64,000 nucleotides of DNA from Flectonema sp. DT1601 (lineage: Eukaryota): contig OZ025800.1 of the NCBI GenBank assembly GCA_964019425.1, forward strand, positions 930,001 to 994,000, in the 5' to 3' direction. A program made the translations under genes and the position numbers. This document shows positions 45,601 to 58,173 of this stretch, piece after piece; position 1 is the first letter of the stretch; every line of letters begins with the position of its first letter. Below the pieces are notes generated by a model. That model was not told the origin of the DNA, ran no database searches, and saw nothing but the letters and a program-made list of their open reading frames with translations.

Positions 45601-48600
45601 CTGTTTTTTAAAACTTTGTGTGTTGAGCTGGCTGTATTTTTGAAACTTTGTGTGTGGAGCCGTCTGTTTTTTCGAAACTTTGTGTGTGGAGCTTGCTGTT
45701 TTTTTGAAACTTTGTGTGTGGAGCTGGCTGTTTTTTTGAAACTTTGTGCGGAGCTGGCTGTTTTTTTAAAACTTTGTGCGTGGAGCTGGCTGTTTTTTTG
45801 CAACTTTGTGGAGCAGGCTATTTTTTAAAACTTTGTGTGTGGAGCTGGCTATTTTTTAAACCTTTGTGTGTGGAGCTGGCAGTTTTTTTGAAACTTTGTG
45901 CGTGGAGCTGGCAGTTTTTTTGAAACTTTGTGTGTGGAGCTGGCAGTTTTTTGAAACTTTGTGCGTGGAGCTGGCTGTTTTTTTGAAACTTTTTGCGTGG
46001 AGCCGGCTGTTTTTTCGAAACTTTGTGTGTGGAGCTTGCTGTTTTTTTGAAACTTTGTGTGTGGAGCTGGCTGTTTTTTTGAAACTTTGTGTGTGGAGCT
46101 GGCTGTTTTTTTGAAAATTTTTGTGTGGAGCTGGCTATTTTTTAAAACTTTGTGTGTAGAACTGGCAGTTTTTTTAAAACTTTGTGCGTGGAGCTGGCTG
46201 TTTTTTTGAAAATTTGTTTGTGGAGCTGGCTATTTTTTAAAACTTTGTGTGTGGAGCTGGCTGTTTCTTTGAAACTTTTTGCGTGGAGCCGGCTGTTTTT
46301 TTGAAACTTTGTGTGTGGAGCTGGCTGTTTTTTTGAAACTTTGTGTGTGGAGCTGGCTGTTTTTTTGAAACTTTGTGTGGAGCTAGCTGTTTTTTAAAAC
46401 TTTGTGTGTTGAGCTGGCTGTATTTTTGAAACTTTGTGTGTGGAGCCGTCTGTTTTTTCGAAACTTTGTGTGTGGAGCTGGCTGTTTTTTTGAAACTTTG
46501 TGCGTGGAGCTGGCTGTTTTTTTGAAAATTTTTGTGTGGAGCTGGCTGTTTTTTAAAACTTTGTGTGTGGAGCTTGCTGTTTTTTTGAAACTTTGTGTGT
46601 GGAGCTGGCTGTTTTTTTGAAACTTTGTGCGTGGAGCTGGCTGTTTTTTTGAAAATTTTTGTGTGGAGCTGGCTGTTTTTTAAAACTTTGTGTGTGGAGC
46701 TGGCTGTTTTTTTGAAACTTTGTGCGTGGAGCTGGCTGTTTTTTAAAAACTTTGTGCGTGGAGCTGGCTGTTTTTTTGAAAATTTGTGTGGAGCTGGCTA
46801 TTTTTTAAAACTTTGTGTGTGGAGCAGGCTATTTTTTAAAACTTTGTGTGTGGAGCTGGCTGTTTTTTTGAAACTTTGTGCGGAGCTGGCTGTTTTTTTA
46901 AAACTTTGTGCGTGGAGCTGGCTGTTTTTTTGATAATTTGTGTGTGGAGCTGGCTGTTTTTTTGATAATTTGTGTGTGGAGCTGGCTATTTTTTAAAACT
47001 TTGTGTGTGGAGCAGGCAGTTTTTTAGAAACTTTGTGCGGAGCTAGCTGTTTTTTTAAAACTTTGTGCGTGGAGCTGGCTGTTTTTTTGAAACTTTGTGC
47101 GTGGAGCTGGTAGTTTTTTTGAAACTTTGTGCGTGGAGTTGGCTGTTTTTTTTAAACTTTGTGCGTGGAGCTGGCTGTTTTTTTGAAACTTTGTGTGGAG
47201 CTAGCTGTTTTTTAAAACTTTGTGTGTTGAGCTGGCTGTATTTTTGAAACTTTGTGTGTGGAGCTGGCTGTATTTTTGAAACTTTTTATGTGGAGCCGTC
47301 TGTTTTTTAAAAACTTTGTGTGTGGAGCTGGCTGTTTTTTTGAAACTTTGTGCGGAGCTGGCTGTTTTTTTAAAACTTTGTGCGTGGAGCTGGCTGTTTT
47401 TTTGATAATTTGTGTGTGGAGCTGGCTGTTTTTTTGAAAATTTGTGTGGAGCTGGCTATTTTTTAAAACTTTGTGTGTGGAGCAGGCTATTTTTTAAAAC
47501 TTTGTGTGTGGAGCTGGCTGTTTTTTTGAAACTTTGTGCGGAGCTGGCTGTTTTTTTAAAACTTTGTGCGTGGAGCTGGCTGTTTTTTTGATAATTTGTG
47601 TGTGGAGCTGGCTGTTTTTTTGATAATTTGTGTGTGGAGCTGGCTATTTTTTAAAACTTTGTGTGTGGAGCAGGCAGTTTTTTAGAAACTTTGTGCGGAG
47701 CTGGCTGTTTTTTTAAAACTTTGTGCGTGGAGCTGGCTGTTTTTTTGATAATTTGTGTGTGGAGCTGGCTGTTTTTTTGAAAATTTGTGCGTGGAGCTGG
47801 CTATTTTTTAAAACTTTGTGTGTGGAGCAGGCAGTTTTTTAGAAACTTTGTGCGTGGAGCTGGCAGTTTTTTTGAAACTTTGTGTGTGGAGCTGGCCGTT
47901 TTTTGAAACTTTGTGCGTGGAGTTGGCTGCTTTTTTGAAACCTTGTGTGGAGCTAGCTGTTTTTTAAAACTTTGTGTGTTGAGCTGGCTGTATCTTTGAA
48001 ACTTTGTGTGCGGGGCTGTTTTATTGAAAATTTTTGTGTGGAGCTGGCTATTTTTTAAAAACTTTGTGCGTGGAGCTGGCTGTTTTTTTGAAACTTTGTG
48101 CGTGGAGCTGGCTGTTTTTTTGAAAATTTGTGTGGAGCTGGCTATTTTTTAAAACTTTGTGTGTGGAGCAGGCTATTTTTTAAAACTTTGTGTGTGGAGC
48201 TGGCTGCTTTTTTGAAACTTTGTGCGGAGCTGGCTGTTTTTTTAAAACTTTGTGCGTGGAGCTGGCTGTTTTTTTGATAATTTGTGTGTGGAGCTGGCTG
48301 TTTTTTTGATAATTTGTGTGTGGAGCTGGCTATTTTTTAAAACTTTGTGTGTGGAGCAGGCAGTTTTTTAGAAACTTTGTGCGTGGAGCTGGCAGTTTTT
48401 TTGAAACTTTGTGTGTGGAGCTGGCCGTTTTTTGAAACTTTGTGCGTGGAGTTGGCTGTTTTTTTGAAACCTTGTGTGGAGCTAGCTGTTTTTTAAAACT
48501 TTGTGTGTTGAGCTGGTTGTATTTTTGAAACTTTGTGTGTGGGGCTGTTTTATTGAAAATTTTTGTGTGGAGCTGGCTATTTTTTAAAAACTTTGTGCGT

Positions 48601-51600
48601 GGAGCTGGCTGTTTTTTTGAAACTTTGTGCGTGGAGCTATTTTTTAAAACTTTGTGTGTGGAACTGGCAGTTTTTTTTAAAACTTTGTGCGTGGAGCTGG
48701 CTGTTTTTTTGAAACTTTGTGCGTGGAGCTGGCAGTTTTTTTGAAACTTTGTGCGTGGAGCCGGCTGTTTTTTTAAAACTTTGTGTGTGGAGCTGGCTGT
48801 TTTTTTGAAACTTTGTGCGTGGAGCTGGCAGTTTTTTTGAAACTTTGTGCGTGGAGTTGGCTGTTTTTTTGAAACTTTGTGTGTGGAGCAGGCTATTTTT
48901 TAAAACTTTGTGTGTGGAGCTGGCTGTTTTTTTGAAACTTTGTGCGTGGAGCTATTTTTTAAAACTTTGTGTGTGGAACTGGCAGTTTTTTTTAAAACTT
49001 TGTGCGTGGAGCTGGCTGTTTTTTTGAAACTTTGTGTGTGGAGCTGGCTGTTTTTTTGAAACTTTGTGCGTGGAGCTGGCAGTTTTTTTGAAACTTTGTG
49101 CGTGGAGTTGGCTGTTTTTTTGAAACTTTGTGTGTGGAGCAGGCTATTTTTTAAAACTTTGTGTGTGGAGCTGGCTGTTTTTTTAAAACTTTGTGTGTGG
49201 AGCTGGCTGTTTTTTTGAAACTTTGTGCGTGGAGCTGGCAGTTTTTTTGAAACTTTGTGCGTGGAGTTGGCTGTTTTTTTGAAACTTTGTGTGTGGAGCA
49301 GGCTATTTTTTTGAAACTTTGTGTGTGGAGCTGGCTGTTTTTTTAAAACTTTGTGCGTGGAGCTGGCTGTTTTTTTGCAACTTTGTGGAGCAGGCTATTT
49401 TTTAAAACTTTGTGTGTGGAGCTGGCTATTTTTTAAACCTTTGTGTGTGGAGCTGGCAGTTTTTTTGAAACTTTGTGCGTGGAGCTGGCAGTTTTTTTGA
49501 AACTTTGTGTGTGGAGCTGGCAGTTTTTTGAAACTTTGTGCGTGGAGCTGGCTGTTTTTTTGAAACTTTTTGCGTGGAGCCGGCTGTTTTTTCGAAACTT
49601 TGTGTGTGGAGCTTGCTGTTTTTTTGAAACTTTGTGTGTGGAGCTGGCTGTTTTTTTGAAACTTTGTGTGTGGAGCTGGCTGTTTTTTTGAAAATTTTTG
49701 TGTGGAGCTGGCTATTTTTTAAAACTTTGTGTGTAGAACTGGCAGTTTTTTTAAAACTTTGTGCGTGGAGCTGGCTGTTTTTTTGAAACTTTGTGCGTGG
49801 AGCTGGCTGTTTTTTTGAAACTTTGTGCGTGGAGCTGGCTGTTTTTTTAAAACTTTGTGTGTGGAGCTGGCTGTTTTTTTAAAACTTTGTGTGTGGAGCT
49901 GGCTGTTTTTTTGAAACTTTGTGCGTGGAGCTGGCAGTTTTTTTGAAACTTTGTGCGTGGAGTTGGCTGTTTTTTTGAAACTTTGTGTGTGGAGCAGGCT
50001 ATTTTTTAAAACTTTGTGTGTGGAGCTGGCTGTTTTTTTGAAACTTTGTGCGGAGCTGGCTGTTTTTTTAAAACTTTGTGCGTGGAGCTGGCTGTTTTTT
50101 TGATAATTTGTGTGTGGAGCTGGCTGTTTTTTTGAAAATTTGTGTGGAGCTGGCTATTTTTTAAAACTTTGTGTGTGGAGCAGGCTATTTTTTAAAACTT
50201 TGTGTGTGGAGCTGGCTGCTTTTTTGAAACTTTGTGCGGAGCTGGCTGTTTTTTTAAAACTTTGTGCGTGGAGCTGGCTGTTTTTTTGATAATTTGTGTG
50301 TGGAGCTGGCTGTTTTTTTGAAAATTTGTGCGTGGAGCTGGCTATTTTTTAAAACTTTGTGTGTGGAGCAGGCAGTTTTTTAGAAACTTTGTGCGTGGAG
50401 CTGGCAGTTTTTTTGAAACTTTGTGTGTGGAACTGGCCGTTTTTTGAAACTTTGTGCGTGGAGTTGGCTGTTTTTTTGAAACTTTGTGTGTGGAGCTGGC
50501 TGTTTATTAAAACTTTGTGTGGAGCTAGCTGTTTTTTAAAACTTTGTGTGTTGAGCTGGCTGTATCTTTGAAACTTTGTGTGTGGGGCTGTTTTATTGAA
50601 AATTTTTGTGTGGAGCTGGCTATTTTTTAAAAATTTGTGTGTGGAGCTGGCTGTTTTTTAAAAACTTTGTGCGTGGAGCTGGCTGTTTTTTTGAAACTTT
50701 GTGCGTGGAGCTGGCTGTTTTTTTGAAAATTTGTGTGGAGCTGGCTATTTTTTAAAACTTTGTGTGTGGAGCAGGCTATTTTTTAAAACTTTGTGTGTGG
50801 AGCTGGCTGTTTTTTTGAAACTTTGTGCGGAGCTGGCTGTTTTTTTAAAACTTTGTGCGTGGAGCTGGCTGTTTTTTTGATAATTTGTGTGTGGAGCTGG
50901 CTGTTTTTTTGATAATTTGTGTGTGGAGCTGGCTATTTTTTAAAACTTTGTGTGTGGAGCAGGCAGTTTTTTAGAAACTTTGTGCGTGGAGCTGGCTGTT
51001 TTTTTGATAATTTGTGTGTGGAGCTGGCTGTTTTTTTGAAAATTTGTGCGTGGAGCTGGCTATTTTTTAAAACTTTGTGTGTGGAGCAGGCAGTTTTTTA
51101 GAAACTTTGTGCGTGGAGCTGGCAGTTTTTTTGAAACTTTGTGTGTGGAGCTGGCCGTTTTTTGAAACTTTGTGCGTGGAGTTGGCTGTTTTTTTGAAAC
51201 CTTGTGTGGAGCTAGCTGTTTTTTAAAACTTTGTGTGTTGAGCTGGCTGTATCTTTGAAACTTTGTGTGTGGGGCTGTTTTATTGAAAATTTTTGTGTGG
51301 AGCTGGCTATTTTTTGAAAACTTTGTGCGTGGAGCTGGCTGTTTTTTTGAAAATTTGTGTGGAGCTGGCTATTTTTTAAAACTTTGTGTGTGGAGCAGGC
51401 TATTTTTTAAAACTTTGTGTGTGGAGCTGGCTGCTTTTTTGAAACTTTGTGCGGAGCTGGCTGTTTTTTTAAAACTTTGTGCGTGGAGCTGGCTGTTTTT
51501 TTGATAATTTGTGTGTGGAGCTGGCTGTTTTTTTGATAATTTGTGTGTGGAGCTGGCTATTTTTTAAAACTTTGTGTGTGGAGCAGGCAGTTTTTTAGAA

Positions 51601-52404
51601 ACTTTGTGTGTGGAGCTGGCAGTTTTTTTGAAACTTTGTGTGTGGAGCTGGCCGTTTTTTGAAACTTTGTGCGTGGAGTTGGCTGTTTTTTTGAAACCTT
51701 GTGTGGAGCTAGCTGTTTTTTAAAACTTTGTGTGTTGAGCTGGCTGTATCTTTGAAACTTTGTGTGTGGGGCTGTTTTATTGAAAATTTTTGTGTGGAGC
51801 TGGCTATTTTTTAAAAACTTTGTGCGTGGAGCTGGCTGTTTTTTTGAAACTTTGTGCGTGGAGCTGGCTGTTTTTTTGAAAATTTGTGTGGAGCTGGCTA
51901 TTTTTTAAAAATTTGTGTGTGGAGCTGGCTGTTTTTTAAAAACTTTGTGCGTGGAGCTGGCTGTTTTTTTGAAACTTTGTGCGTGGAGCTGGCTGTTTTT
52001 TTGAAAATTTGTGTGGAGCTGGCTATTTTTTAAAACTTTGTGTGTGGAGCAGGCTATTTTTTAAAACTTTGTGTGTGGAGCTGGCTGTTTTTTTGAAACT
52101 TTGTGCGGAGCTGGCTGTTTTTTTAAAACTTTGTGCGTGGAGCTGGCTGTTTTTTTGATAATTTGTGTGTGGAGCTGGCTGTTTTTTTGAAAATTTGTGT
52201 GGAGCTGGCTATTTTTTAAAACTTTGTGTGTGGAGCTGGCTGTTTTTTTGAAACTTTGTGCGGAGCTGGCTGTTTTTTTAAAACTTTGTGCGTGGAGCTG
52301 GCTGTTTTTTTGAAAATTTGTGTGTGGAGCTGGCTATTTTTTAAAACTTTGTGTGTGGAGCAGGCAGTTTTTTAGAAACTTTGTGCGTGGAGCTGGCAGT
52401 TTTT
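36616..52404. repeat. Main satellite array, 30-32 bp unit GAAACTTTGTGYGTGGAGCTGGCTGTTTTTTT, roughly 500 units
   Basis: Continuous head-to-tail units with recurring variants. Identical ORF translations recur at offsets 1009, 3801 and 4213. Confidence 0.98.
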
Positions 52405-53215
52405 GTTTTTTTTTCAAAATTAATAAAAAAGAATATAAAAAAAAAACAAAAAAAAAAAAGAATAAACAATGTTATCATTGTTTTTTTTTATCGTTCGACT
52501 TTGTCGACTAATTTTTATTTTCCGTTTTTTTTCTTAAAAATAAATAATAAGAATTTAAAAAAAAAAAAAAGAATAAACAATGTTATCATTGTTTTTTTAT
52601 CGATCGACTATGTCGATCACTTTCTATTTTCCGTCCTGGTCAAGACGCTAAACTGATTGTTTTTTCTTTAAAATAATTAAAAGGATTTAAAAAAAAAGAA
52701 AAAAAAAAAAAAAAAAAGAATAAACAATGTTATCATTGTTTTTTTTTCTATCGATCGACTATGTCGATTAATTTCTATTTTCCGTCCCGATCGAGACGCT
52801 AAACTGATTGTTTCCTTTTTTTTAAATAATAAATAAAAAAAAAAAAAAAAAAAAGAGCATCTCCCTGCTATCCTCATATCCCCACAATAATATTATACCT
52901 TTTCATTTTCTCTTTCCTTTTCTGGTCTTTTTTTTTTTTTCTTCTTTTTTTTCCTTTTTATTTATATTTTATTTTTTTTTTTATTTTTTTCATGTTTGAT
53001 TATTTCCTCTTCATATTTTTTTTTTTTTTCTCTGCCTCTCTCTTAATTCTGTTCGTTTCTTTGAAACGAAAATTCATTTGAATATTATTCCTTGGTCAGC
53101 AACAGTCGTTGTCGCCCTCTGGGCCTGTTAAAAAAAAAAAAATAAAAAGAAAGTTTACATCGGGAATAGGGCAGGAGCCAAAAGCTCCCAGTCCGTTACT
53201 TCCCACTCTATCGAA
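52405..53215. repeat. Partial copy of the foldback-like element (hairpin units + block X + block Y)
   Basis: Same ~115-145 bp units as 53676-54990. GAGCATCTCCCTGC block (52855-52927) as at 54991. CATGTTTGATT...CCCAC block (52991-53213) as at 56946-57197. Confidence 0.85.
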
Positions 53216-53221
53216 TTCTTT

Positions 53222-53674
53222 TGAAACTTTGTGTGTGGAGCTAGCTATTTTTTAAAACTTTGTGTGTTGAGCTGGCTGTATCTTTGAAACTTTGTGTGTG
53301 GGGCTGTTTTATTGAAAATTTTTGTGTGGAGCTGGCTATTTTTTAAAAATTTGTGTGTGGAGCTGGCTGTTTTTTAAAAACTTTGTGCGTGGAGCTGGCT
53401 GTTTTTTTGAAACTTTGTGTGTGGAGCTGGCAGTTTTTTTGAAACTTTGTGCGGAGCTGGCTGTTTTATTGAAAATTTTTGTGTGGAGCTGGCTATTTTT
53501 TAAAACTTTGTGTGTGGAGCTGGCAGTTTTTTTGAAACTTTGTGTGTGGAGCCGTCTGTTTTTTCGAAACTTTGTGTGTGGAGCTGGCTGTTTTTTTGAA
53601 ACTTTGTGCGGAGCTGGCTGTTTTTTTAAAACTTTGTGCGTGGAGCTGGCTGTTTTTTTGCAACTTTGTGGAGC
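53222..53674. repeat. Satellite island (32-bp unit)
   Basis: Same unit and orientation as the main array. Confidence 0.95.
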
Positions 53675-54817
53675 ATAAACGGCTATGTCGATCACTTTCT
53701 ATTTTCCGTCCTGGTCAAGACGCTAAACTGATTGTTTTTTTTCTTCAAAATTAATAAAAAAGAATATAAAAAAATACAAAAAAAAGAATGAACAATGTTA
53801 TCATTGTTTTTTTTATCGATCGACTATGTCGATTACTTTCTATTTTCCGTCCTGGTCAAGACGCTAAACTGATTGTTTTTTTTTTCAAAATAAAAAAAAT
53901 ATTAAAAAAAAAAAAATAAAAAAAAAGAATAAACAATGTTATCATTGTTTTTTTTTATCGTTCGACTTTGTTGACTAATTTCTATTTTCCGTTTTTTTTT
54001 CTTTAAAAAATAAATAAAAAGAATTTAAAATAAAAAAAAAAAAGAATAAACAATGTTATCATTGTTTTTTTTATCGATCGACTATGTCGATCACTTTCTA
54101 TTTTCCGTCCTGGTCAAGACGCTAAACTGATTGTTTTTTTTTTCAAAATAAAAAAAATATTAAAAAAAAAAAAATAAAAAAAAAGAATAAACAATGTTAT
54201 CATTGTTTTTTTTTATCGTTCGACTTTGTTGACTAATTTCTATTTTCCGTTTTTTTTTCTTTAAAAAATAAATAAAAAGAATTTAAAATAAAAAAAAAAA
54301 AGAATAAACAATGTTATCATTGTTTTTTTTATCGATCGACTATGTCGATCACTTTCTATTTTCCGTCCTGGTCAAGACGCTAAACTGATTGTTTTTTTTT
54401 CAAAATTAATAAAAAAGAATATAAAAAAAATAAAAAAAAAAAGAATAAACAATGTTATCATTGTTTTTTTTTATCGTTCGACTTTGTTGACTAATTTCTA
54501 TTTTCCATTTTTTTTCTTTTAAAAATAAATAAAAAGAATTAAAATAAAAAAAAAAAAAAGAATAAACAATGTTATCATTGTTTTTTTTATCGATCGACTA
54601 TGTCGATTACTTTCTATTTTCCGTCCTGGTCAGGACGCTAAACTGATTGTTTTTTTTTTTTCTTTAAAAATAAATAAAAAGATTAAAAAAAAAAAAAAAA
54701 GGAATAAACAATGTTATCATTGTTTTTTTTTTATCGATCGACTATGTCGATTACTTACTATTTTCCGTCCTGGTCAAGACGCTAAACTGATTGTTTTTTC
54801 TTTAAAATAATTAAAAA

Positions 54818-54850
<33 letters not shown>

Positions 54851-55116
54851 AATAAACAATGTTATCATTGTTTTTTTTTCTATCGATCAACTATGTCGAT
54901 TAATTTCTATTTTCCGTCCTGATCGAGACGCTAAACTGATTGTTTCCTTTTTTTAAATAATAAATAAGAAAAAAAAAAAAAAAAAAAAAAGAGCATCTCC
55001 CTGCTATCCCTCATATCCCCACAATAATATTATACCTTTTCATTTTCTCTTTCCTTTTCTGGTCTTTTTTTTTTTCTTTTTTTTCCTTTTTCATACAACG
55101 TTTTTTATTTATATAT

Positions 55117-56918
55117 GAGAGGATGCCAAAAGTAGGGTACAATTTTGGGCCACGGGTATCTGACAGTCCCTAAGTGTGAATCCGACCACTTTTCACAAGA
55201 TATTTTATACTCAAAAAATGCAATTCCGTGTCTGGGAAGTGATTTTACTCACCGCTAGTTTCAAAATTCCATATTTCCTTCACTAAAGACCCCTCTTTGT
55301 AGGCTAACAGGCCTTTGTCCTGTATGAACCATTTTTGCTGCCTTTTTAAATCATGTCGTTTATTTATCTGAAACCAGTTAAATTCCTACAACATCCAGAA
55401 ACATGCAAGAAAAAGTTGTTATCTCGCGGTTCAAAGAGCTAATGACAGAAATGGGTGAGCAGCTCCAATAGGGGGAGCGAAACAGTGCTAGTGGGTCGAC
55501 AAAGAGACAGGTGAGATTAGCAAAACAGCTGCTTGAGTGCCTTTCAGGAGGCGATGTTGACAGCATGCTCAGGGATGTTATTGGCATATCAAGTCTGTGG
55601 AAATGTGTTGTTCCCCCTTGTGTAGGTGAGATGATAAGTAGTTTAGAAGTTGGAAGGAGGAGGAGAGTTTTTAAAACACTTGACAGCAACGGGTGGAAGT
55701 TTTAACACTTTGCAGAAGCCGGTATTAAGATCGGAAGGAAGGCATGGGGTGAGAGAAACAGTGAGGCTCAGATGCTAGGACGGCCAAGAAAAACCAATGA
55801 GGAGATGGCAGAAGTTGTCGACAGCGAGCACAGGGCAGCATCGGCGGAAACCTCTATCACACTGAAGAGGCTGTCGAAGGTGCGAGACTCAACTGTCACC
55901 ATCCAGAATGTCTTGCCAACTTTCCGGAGCATCTATGAGAGCAGCTCTCTCAGAGATAAGATTTCAATGACAACCTTTCGTAGGATGAGAAAAGAAGAAT
56001 TCCGCAAACTGGCCCGCCGAACTGATGTTTGTAACTACTGCCTGGCAGGCCAGTCAATCAGGAAGAAACTGGGGAAGCTCGTTAAAAGTGCTAAAGGGAA
56101 GTCCGGTTACTCGATGAGTGTCTGGAATGTCTCTCGCTCAAGTGGTCTTATTCTCCAGTGCATGCTCAATTCTCCTGGAAGTGTACCCCAAAATATTAAA
56201 CTTCAGGCTGCAGAATACATTCAGCAACTCGTAGAGATTGATCTTCACACTGAGGAATTCCGACGCCAGAACGCGATTTACGCTGAAAAAACACAAGACC
56301 CAGGTGACAGTCTGGTGATCACCCTAGACTACAAAGAAAAGGGCACATTGCCACAGGTTCCGCAGGAAGGCAATAGCCATTTCTACAAGCAGGGGAAATA
56401 CAGTTGCTTGGGGGAAAAGGGACACAGATACCCAAAAGGAAAAGAAAGCAGCGTCAGTGTAAGGGGTGCGGTGGGGTTGACCACGACTTGCGCAACTGCC
56501 CTAGATCAGAATTTGAAAGCAGCACCAGTAGCATCATTACCAGTAGTGACAGTATGTGTACCAGTATCAGTAGTACCTGTGCTAGTAGCAGTACTTCCAG
56601 CACTCCCAGTGACGTGTAGCAATTAAGAACTTCAGCAAAATCAATGATTTTTATAAAAAAGAAAGCACATCATTGTATTATCAGTACTGCCTATTAAGCA
56701 CCTGGTCGAACTTAGTATCACTACCATTCTCCTTATACTACAGGTAAGCTCTTAGGGAAAATATGGAATTTTCAAACTAGCGGTGAGTAAAATCACTTCC
56801 CAGACACGGAATTGCATTTTTTGAGTACAAAATATCTTGTGAAAAGTGGTCGGATTCACACTTAGGGACCGTCAGATACCCGTGGCCCAAAATTGTACCC
56901 TACTTTTGGCACGTTCTC
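55117..56918 (+). mobile_element. Sola-like DNA transposon (internally deleted), nested in the foldback core
   Basis: ~160-bp TIRs (55117-55278, 56755-56918) with GAG..CTC termini. 4-bp ATAT TSD (55113-55116, 56919-56922). Confidence 0.8.
55403..56626 (+). pseudogene. Truncated Sola-type transposase
   Basis: One frame from ATG 55403 with premature TAG (~55469) and TAA (55703). Motifs RRTDVCNYC and LVITLDYKEK..LP...SHFYK (first catalytic Asp). The frame then jumps, frameshifted, to a C-terminal knuckle CKGCGGVDHDLRNC. Confidence 0.7.
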
Positions 56919-56977
56919 ATATATATATTTTTTTTTTTTTTTTTTCATGTTTGATTATTTCCTCTTCATTTTTTTTT

Positions 56978-57011
<34 letters not shown>

Positions 57012-58173
57012 TCTGCCTCTCTCTTAATTCTGTTCGTTTCTTTGAAACGAAAATTCATTTGAATATTATTCCTTGGTCAGCAACCATCATTGTCGCCCTT
57101 TGGGCCTGTTAAAAAAAATAAAAATAAAAAGAAAGTTTACATCGGGAATAGGGCAGGAGCCAAAAGCTCCCAGTCCGTTACTTCCCACTTTATCGAAATT
57201 CAAGGGAAAAAAAAAATAAAGACCAGAAAAGGAAAGAGAAAATGAAAAGGTATAATATTATTGTGGGGATATGAGGGATAGCAGGGAGATGCTCTTTTTT
57301 TTTTTTTTTTTTTTATTTATTATTTAAAAAAAAAGGAAACAATCAGTTTAGCGTCTCGATCAGGACGGAAAATAGAAATTAATCGACATAGTCGATCGAT
57401 AGAAAAAAAAACAATGATAACATTGTTTATTCTTTTTTTTTTTTTTTTTTTTTTTTTAAATCCTTTTAATTATTTTAAAGAAAAAACTTCCGTTTAGCGT
57501 CTTGACCAGGACAGAAAATAGAAAGTAATCGACATAGTCGATCGATAAAAAAAAAAAACAATGATAACATTGTTTATTCCTTTTTTTTTTTTTTTTTTAA
57601 CTTTTTATTTATTTCTTAAAGAAAAAACAATCAGTTTAGCGTCCTGACCAGGACGGAAAATAGAAAGTAATCGACATAGTCGATCGATAAAAAAAACAAT
57701 GATAACATTGTTTATTCCTTTTTTTTTTTTTTTTTTTTTTTATCTTTTTATTTATTTTTTAAAGAAAAAACAATCAGTTTAGCGTCCTGACCAGGACGGA
57801 AAATAGAAAGTAATCGACATAGTCGATCGATAAAAAAAACAATGATAACATTGTTTATTCCTTTTTTTTTTTTTTTTTTTTTTATCTTTTTATTTATTTT
57901 TTAAAGAAAAAACAATCAGTTTAGCGTCCTGACCAGGACGGAAAATAGGAATTAGTCGACAAAGTTGATCGATAAGAAACAATGATAACATTGTTTATTC
58001 ATTTTTTTTTTTTTTTTTTTTATATTCTTTTTATTTATTTTTAAAAAAAAAAAAAACAATCAGTTTAGCGTCTTGACCAGGACGGAAAGTAGACAGTAAT
58101 CGACAAAGTCGATCGATAAAAAAAAACAATGATAACATTGTTTATTTCTTTTTTTTTTTTTTTTTTTTTATAT

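Larger units (their letters stand above)
53676..58172. mobile_element. Foldback-like element: ~1 kb inverted arms made of tandem hairpin-bearing units around a short core
   Basis: Units AATAAACAATGTTATCATTGTT..ATCGATCGACTATGTCGAT..CCGTCCTGGTCAAGACGCTAAACTGATTG run forward at 53676-55064 and reverse-complemented at 57220-58172. Termini and TSD not clear. Confidence 0.65.
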
